From: a virus
Lineage: Duplodnaviria > Caudoviricetes
Virus record (IMG/VR): IMGVR_UViG_3300025886_000032
Location: 1 to 54,569 of that record
DNA: 54,569 nucleotides
Strand: one strand, 5' to 3'
Shown here: one piece after another, positions 43,936 to 52,800 of the stretch
How positions within the stretch are numbered: position 1 is the stretch's first letter
Layout of the letters: each line of letters starts with the position of its first letter
The notes under the pieces: model-generated
The model's input: the letters and a program-made list of their open reading frames with translations, nothing else
Databases searched by the model: none
What the model was told of the DNA's origin: nothing
Program-made: the position numbers and the translations under genes

Positions 43936-46212
43936 ATGGCTTATCAAATACCAATTAAATATTTCAACGCTTTTTGGTTAAAAAAAGTAGTGGGAAGCAC
44001 AGACAAAACTTCCACAGGTGATTATGCTTCTACAGTAACAACTGAAGTTAAAGTTGGAGGTTCTGAAAGCTCTATTGGAACTACTGAGGGTCGTTATGTA
44101 ATACCAACATGGCCTGGTTTACCTTGGGGTAGTAAATTATTTAAACCTGATTCTTCAGGTCAAAACCCTGATGTGTTAATGCCATATCCATGTTTTCCTT
44201 GGGGAGGAAGAAATTGGAATGATTATGCTCCTGTAGTTTGGAATTTTTATGATAATGCTCAAAATGGTGCTTATAGAGTTTCACAAGGGTTACCTCCATC
44301 ACCAACTAATGGTGGAAAAGTTGCTTTAACAAGCACAGCACCGGGTAACGGATCTGATGCGTATTTTTCTGTAGGTGATATTGTTAACGTACAACAAACA
44401 TCCACAACACCAACAAATCCACAATACAATGGTCAACATACAATATTAGAAAAACCAGATGCTAATACCATAGTGTTAGATGTATCATTTGGTGGATCTT
44501 CTCCTGTAGAGGGCGGAACTGTTACTCAAGGCAGTCAAGACTTACCATCTTGTGGTGGGAGTTTGGTTAGTAGAAATCCTAATGAAGAATTAGGCAAGGA
44601 GAGACAATGGGCAATTGAAGAAGCTAGAATATTTGGTGGATACAATAACACCACTTTGGATTTTGGTGTTAAAGCCTATACTGTTGAAGAAGATAATCAA
44701 CAAACAGTTAGAAGTTCTTCATTGATTTATTCTGGAATATTCAACTCATTAACTGGTATAAACAATACAAATGTTTTTTCCACAGCAAATCCAATAACAA
44801 AAAGTGTTGATCCAGAAAATGGGTCTATTCAAAAGCTTTATGCTTACGATACAAACTTAACTATATTTCAAGAAAACAAAGTTAGTAAAGCATTGATAGA
44901 TAAAGATGCAATATACTCCGCTGAAGGTGTTGGAACACCTGTTTCTTCCACTAAAATGGTTATAGGTCAAATTGTTCCATATACTGGTGAATTTGGTATA
45001 AGTAAGAATCCTGAGTCGTGGGCTCAATTTGGTTTTAGACAATATTTTACAGATAAATATAGAAATGCTGTGATGAGACTGTCTAGAGACGGTTTAACTG
45101 AAATATCTTCATATGGTATGACTGATTATTTTAGAGATAGGTTTTCTACTATAGATGACAAACCTTTAAGAAGATCTTTATCTTTTAAGTACTTTGACGA
45201 AGGTTTATTACCTGAACAATATATTAATAATTTTTTAGTTGTAAACGCAGAGTGTGGCGTTGAAAATATAGTTGTAGGTTCTTCTATGCAAATAAATAAT
45301 ATACAAGTTCCTGGATTATTTGTTACAAACGTACAAGGTAATCTTATAACAGTTTCACTTCCCTGGAGACCAGATACTTTTAACACTGAATCATATAGTG
45401 ATATAGTAAAAAACTACCCGGTTTCATTTATAAGTTATGTTTATGATGAGCTGTTAGGTGGTTTTGATAATCATAATAAAAATTATGTATTATCTATAAA
45501 AGATGGTGTTACACAACCATGTGCTGCGGTTTCAGAAGGTAGAGAAGTTGGTGATAATTTTGATTATACAGATCAGTTTAGAACATATAACACTTTTAAC
45601 ACTCTTAATTTTGATGAAAGTATAAATGGTTGGGTTAGTTTTTATAGTTATAATCCTACGGTAATAGGTAGTTTAAAAAATGAATTTTACACTGTTGATA
45701 ACTTCGACTTATACCAACATTATCAAGGAGGTCAACTAAATCATGGTAATTTTTATGGTACACAATATAAATCTTCAATAGAGTTTATATTTAATCCTAA
45801 GCCATCTATTTCTAAAAACTTTCAAACAATAGGATACGAAGGTAGTAGTGGTTGGCAAGTAGAGTATTTTGTGTCAGATAGTACTGCGGCGTTGTTTAAT
45901 ACTTTTACAGGTACTTACTACCCAGCTCAAGATACAGTAAATGCTATTCCAAGCTTGCAAGAGGGAGAATATACAGATCCTAATACTCAAATGCAACAAC
46001 ATGCTGGATTTTATTTAAAAGAAAACAAGTATGTAGCTAACTTGGTTAATGCTTCACAACCTTTTAATGGTGAGGTAGTTTTTGGTAACTCAATGAGCGG
46101 TATAAAAGGTTTTTATACGACAGTTAAATTAAGCACAGATGATTCTACTCAACTTGGTGGAGTTAAAGAGTTATACTGCGTATCAAGTAAATTTGTGGTA
46201 TCATCACAATAA
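43936..46212 (+). CDS. tail stabilization / muzzle protein, C-terminal part
   Basis: GSIQKLYA.DTNLTIFQENKVS, GEFGISKNPES, YFTD...AVMRLSRDGLTEIS, GWVSFYSY.P. Confidence 0.75.
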   Translation: MAYQIPIKYFNAFWLKKVVGSTDKTSTGDYASTVTTEVKVGGSESSIGTTEGRYVIPTWPGLPWGSKLFKPDSSGQNPDVLMPYPCFPWGGRNWNDYAPVVWNFYDNAQNGAYRVSQGLPPSPTNGGKVALTSTAPGNGSDAYFSVGDIVNVQQTSTTPTNPQYNGQHTILEKPDANTIVLDVSFGGSSPVEGGTVTQGSQDLPSCGGSLVSRNPNEELGKERQWAIEEARIFGGYNNTTLDFGVKAYTVEEDNQQTVRSSSLIYSGIFNSLTGINNTNVFSTANPITKSVDPENGSIQKLYAYDTNLTIFQENKVSKALIDKDAIYSAEGVGTPVSSTKMVIGQIVPYTGEFGISKNPESWAQFGFRQYFTDKYRNAVMRLSRDGLTEISSYGMTDYFRDRFSTIDDKPLRRSLSFKYFDEGLLPEQYINNFLVVNAECGVENIVVGSSMQINNIQVPGLFVTNVQGNLITVSLPWRPDTFNTESYSDIVKNYPVSFISYVYDELLGGFDNHNKNYVLSIKDGVTQPCAAVSEGREVGDNFDYTDQFRTYNTFNTLNFDESINGWVSFYSYNPTVIGSLKNEFYTVDNFDLYQHYQGGQLNHGNFYGTQYKSSIEFIFNPKPSISKNFQTIGYEGSSGWQVEYFVSDSTAALFNTFTGTYYPAQDTVNAIPSLQEGEYTDPNTQMQQHAGFYLKENKYVANLVNASQPFNGEVVFGNSMSGIKGFYTTVKLSTDDSTQLGGVKELYCVSSKFVVSSQ

Positions 46213-46218
46213 TATTAT

Positions 46219-46620
46219 ATGAAATTAAATACAAGACAATTACAACAAGAAGATTTAGATACAATAAGAAAATGGTGGGAAACTTGGCCTGATTGGGTTG
46301 ACCCGGGTGAAGGGTTTTTACCTAAAACAGGTTTAGTTGTAACTTCTAATGATAAATTAATAATGGCTTCTTTTGTGTATCTAACAAATGCAGATGTAGC
46401 TTTATATGAATGGATCATATCGGATCCAGACTATAGAGAAGAAGATAGACAAGAAGCTATAGAATTAATGACTATTGAAGCTGAAAAAATGGTTAAAAGC
46501 TTAGGATATAAGTTTTTATTTTCTATTTGCAGACACAAGAAACTTGGAGAAACGTATAAAAAATTAGGGTGGCATAAAGACGAAGAGCCATCATTTGAAT
46601 TTGTAAAACTTATAAAATAA
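46219..46620 (+). CDS. GNAT-fold-like protein
   Basis: WIISDPDYR, A.K..K.LGY, YKKLGW; usual position before podovirus ejection genes. Confidence 0.6.
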   Translation: MKLNTRQLQQEDLDTIRKWWETWPDWVDPGEGFLPKTGLVVTSNDKLIMASFVYLTNADVALYEWIISDPDYREEDRQEAIELMTIEAEKMVKSLGYKFLFSICRHKKLGETYKKLGWHKDEEPSFEFVKLIK

Positions 46621-46626
46621 ATAAAT

Positions 46627-47343
46627 ATGGCATTAGTAACAGCAGCCGTAGTTGGAACAGTAGTAGGAGCGGGTATGGGTATAGCATCCGCTGTAAAAGC
46701 TGGTAACGACCAACGTGAGGCAGAGAGAAAACTAAGAGAACAAGAAGCAATGATAAAAACTCTTGAAGACTCTAGACAAGAAGTAATAAACCCAATGGCT
46801 GGATTAACCAACGAAGCTGAAAAAGTTGGTGTTGCTACACAAGCCGCTAAGTTTCAAGCTGAAGAAGCAGATCAAGCTTTAGCTAACACTTTAGACACTA
46901 TTCTACAAACAGGTGGTGGAGCAGCTGGTGCTACAGCATTAGCTCAAATGGCTCTTAAATCTAAGCAAGGTATATCAGCAGATATTCAAAAACAAGAAAG
47001 ACAAAATGCTGTAAACATAGCTAATTCACAACAAGTTATTAACCAACAAATAGCTGAAGGCGAAAAATTTGCTTGGCAATATCAAGAAAGTAGAGAATTA
47101 CAAAAACTTAATAGAGCGCAGAATTTAGCAGATAAGTTTGAAGCTCAAAGTTTTGCTGCTGAACAAGCTAAATGGGAAGCTTACGGTAATATAGCTGGTA
47201 GTGTTGTTAGTGGTGTAGGTAATATTGCTGGTGCTGTAAATACAACACAAATGCAAGGTCAATATGATCAATACTTAGAACAGGCTGGTTCTAATGCTGT
47301 AGGCTATAATGAATTCGTTGGTCAAGGATCAATTAGAGAATAA
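46627..47343 (+). CDS. ejection / internal virion protein
   Basis: Hydrophobic G/A-rich N-terminus with A/Q-rich coiled coils. Confidence 0.7.
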   Translation: MALVTAAVVGTVVGAGMGIASAVKAGNDQREAERKLREQEAMIKTLEDSRQEVINPMAGLTNEAEKVGVATQAAKFQAEEADQALANTLDTILQTGGGAAGATALAQMALKSKQGISADIQKQERQNAVNIANSQQVINQQIAEGEKFAWQYQESRELQKLNRAQNLADKFEAQSFAAEQAKWEAYGNIAGSVVSGVGNIAGAVNTTQMQGQYDQYLEQAGSNAVGYNEFVGQGSIRE

Positions 47344-47358
47344 AAAATAAATAATATT

Positions 47359-49854
47359 ATGGGCTACGAAAATCCAAGAATACAGATAAACCAAACTAAC
47401 GCTGAAATTAACAAGCAGGTAAAGAACTTTAATCAAGATTTTAATGAAGAGTTCGATGCTATTAATGCTCAACAAGCTGCTAACATAGAAGCTAATATGG
47501 AAATATTGGAAGAACAGCAGAAGAAAAGAGCTATGGGTGACGAGATGTGGTATCAGCAAGTAGAAAAATATAAGCCAAAAGGTGACTATGCTAAAGATAC
47601 TAAAGCTTTTTTACACAATATGCATAATAAGTATTATGAACTTTTAGGATGTGAAACTAGTGAGTGTAGAGAACAATTAGAGAGTTTAAAAAATGTACCT
47701 AGACAGTTATCAGAAGTTGGTGGAGCATGGACGAGCATGAATGAAAAATATAATGAAGCTGGTGGTAAAAAACTATTCGCACCGGGATCATTAAATGCTA
47801 GAACACCAAACTACGTTATGCAAGTAATGGAAAACGGTGGTACAACTAAGAAAGTTTATAACGAAAAAACTGGCCATGTAGAGTTTGAGGTATATGATGC
47901 TAAAGGCGGTCGTGTAATGGAGTTGGATAAAAATGGTAAAAAAACAAATAATCCATTAATGGTTGATGCTGTTGATTTTACTAAAGGTGCTTTAAGTGGT
48001 GATATTAATGTTAATACTTACGGTGATCCATCTGGTTTGAGAAAAGAATTTCAAGCAGGTATAGCTAAAGACATGGAATACGATGACTATATTAAAAAAG
48101 TTGCTGACAACAGCAATCAGTATAATAAAAAAGGTTATGAAGACTATACAGAAGCTAATAATCTATATAAGCAAAATCTAGCAGGATCAAACGCTGGAGC
48201 TTTAATGGATGATAAAAAGATAATGACTGATAATTACCCTGTAATAATAAATGGTTTGTTTGAACAAGCTAAAGCTGGAGATCCTAAAGCTTTGGCTTCT
48301 TTAGAAAAACTAGATCAACAAACTGGAGGTAAAATACTAGGTGGCGATGGTTTAGGAGGTACTAATGATTTAGATTTATCAAGCGGTTTAGCTGTTCAGT
48401 CAGCTATAGGCATGTGGGACAATAGTGACATACAAAGAGAAGCAGCTGATGCTTATTTCAAGTATTATGACGAGTCTTCAAACTTGTTAAAGCCAGATAG
48501 AATAGACAAAACACAAAGTATTAGTTCACAAACTAGTTCTGAGAGAAGAGCTCAAGAAAAATTTAATATTAGTAAACTCGAAGGTATAGCTAAACTTAAA
48601 GCTGCAAATAATGAAAAGGAGTTTGTTACTAATTTTGATAATATGTTTGCTAATGCTAAATCAGAAAGCGATGTTGCCGAGATTTTAGATGATCTTAAGA
48701 ACTTTAAAATGAGTAATAGCAATAAAGGTAGTGGTAGTATTTTAGAGTTCACAGGCGATGAACCAAAAGACCGCAGAATGGACACAGAGGATAATGGAGA
48801 TGGTACTTTCTCTATAACCTTAAAGAAAATCTCTAGAGATCCTAAAACAAACGATATTATTGTAGGAGATGCGGTAAGAAGTTATAATACTGGTAATGCT
48901 AATGATATGAACACTCTTAGAAGAGACTTTGGCATAAACAACAAAACTTACAAATTACAAGGCGAAACTTCTACTAAAGAAGAAGAACAAACTACTCCTG
49001 CTGTTAAACAAAACAACCCACTAAATGCTGCTAGTTTTAATAAAAACAATCAACCTAAACCAAAAGTAGAGGCTAAAAGTAATTTTGTTCCAGATCCAAA
49101 TATAAACTATGAAAGTTTACCAATGATGGATAAAAGAAGAATAGAGTATGATAACTGGAAGCAATCACAACAACCTCAAACAACTCAAGCACCTGCTCCT
49201 GAAGTTAAACCTACTCCTGAAGTTAAACCTACTCCTGAAGTAAAAGCAACAACACAGTCAAGTAGAGACTTTAAATCTGAAAATAAAAAGCAAGAAGATT
49301 TAATGAGAAACTCTGAAGTTATTTATGGTGGTAGATCAGGTGATAATACTTATGGTTTAACAGATTATAAAGATTATGATTTTCAATATTACTTAAATAG
49401 TAAAGACCAAGTACAAGAAGGAGTTAATAAAGACGGTAAAAAGGCTACGTATTGGGGAGGTGATCAACCTAAAAAAGGTTTGAAAACAGATTTAGGTGGA
49501 AAAGTTTATGATGGATTATCTGATGGACAGCAAGCAATGATGAGAATGCAGCATGTTAATATAGGTTGGGATCCTAGAGTTACTATGCTATTAGCGTCTG
49601 GAGCAATCAAGCCTAGTGAAAGAGGAGAATATCTTAGAGATTACAATAAAACAACTACTAAATACAACGATAATAAAGCTAAGTTTAAAAATATAGATGA
49701 TCAAAAAATGTTTGATCAATGGGTGGATTTATATGCGAATAGTGAACCAAATGAAAAAGGGTTACAAAAACAATATAAAAGAAGAGTAGAAGATATTGCT
49801 AAAGGTTATGGATACACTTTAACAAAAGAACAACTTGCTAAGTTTAAAGTATAA
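47359..49854 (+). CDS. ejection / cargo protein
   Basis: 831 aa helical protein with P/Q-rich linker and separate C-terminal domain. Confidence 0.6.
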   Translation: MGYENPRIQINQTNAEINKQVKNFNQDFNEEFDAINAQQAANIEANMEILEEQQKKRAMGDEMWYQQVEKYKPKGDYAKDTKAFLHNMHNKYYELLGCETSECREQLESLKNVPRQLSEVGGAWTSMNEKYNEAGGKKLFAPGSLNARTPNYVMQVMENGGTTKKVYNEKTGHVEFEVYDAKGGRVMELDKNGKKTNNPLMVDAVDFTKGALSGDINVNTYGDPSGLRKEFQAGIAKDMEYDDYIKKVADNSNQYNKKGYEDYTEANNLYKQNLAGSNAGALMDDKKIMTDNYPVIINGLFEQAKAGDPKALASLEKLDQQTGGKILGGDGLGGTNDLDLSSGLAVQSAIGMWDNSDIQREAADAYFKYYDESSNLLKPDRIDKTQSISSQTSSERRAQEKFNISKLEGIAKLKAANNEKEFVTNFDNMFANAKSESDVAEILDDLKNFKMSNSNKGSGSILEFTGDEPKDRRMDTEDNGDGTFSITLKKISRDPKTNDIIVGDAVRSYNTGNANDMNTLRRDFGINNKTYKLQGETSTKEEEQTTPAVKQNNPLNAASFNKNNQPKPKVEAKSNFVPDPNINYESLPMMDKRRIEYDNWKQSQQPQTTQAPAPEVKPTPEVKPTPEVKATTQSSRDFKSENKKQEDLMRNSEVIYGGRSGDNTYGLTDYKDYDFQYYLNSKDQVQEGVNKDGKKATYWGGDQPKKGLKTDLGGKVYDGLSDGQQAMMRMQHVNIGWDPRVTMLLASGAIKPSERGEYLRDYNKTTTKYNDNKAKFKNIDDQKMFDQWVDLYANSEPNEKGLQKQYKRRVEDIAKGYGYTLTKEQLAKFKV
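49198..49245 (+). repeat. 18-bp tandem repeat encoding PEVKPT
   Basis: CCTGAAGTTAAACCTACT about 2.7 copies. Confidence 0.85.
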
Positions 49855-49860
49855 TATAAT

Positions 49861-52800
49861 ATGAACGAAGACTATTTACAGTTATTATTCTCTGCTTACG
49901 GCGACGAAGTAGGAAATGATTATGATGCTTTTAAAACCGCCATGAGTAATGAAGACTACTCAAGAATGTTATTTGAAACTCACTCTGAAGAATTAGGTGA
50001 TGATTATGCAGAGTTTAACAAAGCTGTAGGTATAAACATCGAACCATATGTTGAACCAGAGGAAGAAGTTTCTATATCTGGAGATTACGGGGTAAAAGAA
50101 CAAGATGTTTTTCAAACTACCGAACCAACTAAATCAAAGTTTAGTAAAGATATATCTTACGACGACTTTAACATGAAAGGGCAAAATTCAGCTTTTGATA
50201 ATGCTGAAGAGAATTTAGAAAAAAAGCTAGCTTCTCAATATCCTAATCTCACTTTTGACACGCCTATAATGAATGGTGGTGTGTCTAATGATATGCTAGA
50301 TGTAACTAATGAAGATGGAGAAGTATTTAGATGGCAGATGAATACAGATTACAATGCTGGTAAAAGAAGTTCAAGTGGTGAGTATACAGTTGTAGATCCA
50401 GAAAATAGAGAGCAAGAAAGTAGAAATAACTATATAGATTTTCTAGAGTTTGCCAATAAATCTAAATACAAAGATGGCAAGTATCAAAACTCTGATGATA
50501 TAAGAACTCTAGGTCCAGATTATGTGGTTAAAAATGAACAAGGTCAAGATGTAGAAATGCAAGTTACTCCTGGTTTAACTCAAAAAGCAATATCTATAAT
50601 GAGATCAAATCCAAATGTAACATCGTTAGATGAAGCTATAGATTTAGCTGTTGACACTGAGTTTGGACAAATGAATATAGCTTGGCAAGAGTCTATTCAA
50701 AATAAAAAAGCTAAGAAAAACTTTGATTTTAAAAACGAAGTTAAATCATTAGTTTCTAATAACAATTTTAACCCTAATATAATTGGTGATGACTTAGATG
50801 GTGATATAAACAAAACCATAGAAACTTTAGAAAGTCTAGGCATGCCAAAAGAAGTTATATCCTCTGCTGAAAACACCGCGCGTGTAAACAGTCAAGGTCA
50901 AAGCATTAGCCCTAAAGCAGATTACCAAGAAAAATTAAATAATGTCAGAGCTTGGTTAGATGGTTCACAAACATGGGGAGAAAATACTGAAGGACCATTA
51001 ATTACTAAGGCTTATAACGAACTTGTTGACCAAAGAAGTAAAGAACAAGTAGATAATGATATTAAACAAGGGGTAATAGAAGCTGGTGTTAACCAAGAGC
51101 AGGTATTAAAAAGACAAGAACAATTGTTAAATGCTGAAGGTAATACACTGAGTAAAGAGCAAGCTTTATTACAAGCGGAAAAAGATGTAATAGCTTTGAC
51201 TGTTCAAGATATTAAAACAAAAAAAGCTAAAGAAGATGGTGATAGAATTTTAAAAGCTGAACTACCTTATTATGAAGGTAAAAGTAAAGATAAAATAGAA
51301 GAACTACAGTCTGAACTAGCTGAAATAAAGAAATTAGAAGAAGGGCAAGAAAAAACAATAAAATATAAAGAGTATTTAGATAAAGTTAGAAGTTTCTTAG
51401 ATGATGATGAAATTAACTTATTAAAACAAGGTGATAAGTTTGTAAGAAAAGATAGACAAGAACAATTAGATAATTTAAATTCAAACGCTAAAAACATTGT
51501 TAAAGATTTACTTTTAGATGCTCCAGACAAGTTAGATGAAAAGTTACTAGATACAGATACTGAATTATTAAATTTAGCTAAAGAAATAAAAAGAAAAGGT
51601 TTAAGCGAGACACTTAATGAAGGTAGTATTTTACAAATGTTTGGAGCTGCAGGCCAAGAACTTGTAGGAGCAGAAGGAAGTGCTTATGAAGATTTTAGAA
51701 AAATAGAAAAATGGATTGAAACAGGTGAAATGCCTGATTTATTAACTCCATTACCAGTCTCAACAACAGACAGTTATTTATTCGATAAATATGGTGATGC
51801 TAGTGGTCAAGATCCTTTAGTGAAAAAATATAATGATTTACTTGAGTATAGGTCTACCTTACTCCTTGCGCAGAGTTTAAATGCAGATCCAACTTCTTTT
51901 GGTAAAACAGAAAGTGGTGTTGGTAGATTTTTAGAAGGTGTGGTAGAGGCCACTCCTGAAGCTGTAGGTATGAACAGTGGTTTAACTAAAGATAAACAAC
52001 GTGAATTAGGTTTTGACATCTTAGAGGATGTCTATGGTATCAAGAAAACAGATAAAGACAAAGCTAATCTACATCATATAGAACACGATCTGTGGAAAAG
52101 CTCTGGTGAAATGATACCTGGCTTAATGAGAATGGGAGCTGAGATATATTTAACAACTTTAGCAACTGGTGGTGTGGGATTTGGCCCTGCGGTTTTAAGA
52201 GCTGCTACTTTTAGAACTTTACTAAGAAGTGGAGTATCAAGCAGCATGGCTAAGAACATCGCTACTTATGGCAGCGCTGTAATGACAGAGTACGTAGGCT
52301 TGCAAGGTAGTAATGCAATGGAAAGATCTTTAGATTTTGGACCAGGTATAGAAAATCCAGAATTATTTGCCTTAACAGCTAGTGCTATAAGGTTAAAAGG
52401 TGCACAAGCTTCTAGCAAGTTTAATAAAGCCATTGTAGATACTTACAAAACAGGTTCTAATGCGCAAAGAAATGCTTTAGAATATTTTTATGCTTTTCCT
52501 ACTACAGCATCTACAGAAGCTGGAGCTTTAAAATATACTGGTAGTTTGATTGATAGATCAGTTAAGTCTTTAAGTAGAACCACAATAGCTGCTGGAAGTA
52601 AAGTAACTGGAGCTGCTGGTGGTGCTATGACTATAAGCACGGCTGATAATGTTGGTGCAGTTTTAGCAGGTGATAAAACCGTTGCTCAAGCTTTAAACGA
52701 TGTTACCAATCCTGATCATTTAATGGAGTTAGGCGGAGCTTTATTGTTTTTAGGTATGTCTAGACCAGACAAGTATAGTAAACAGACTATAGAGAGGTTT

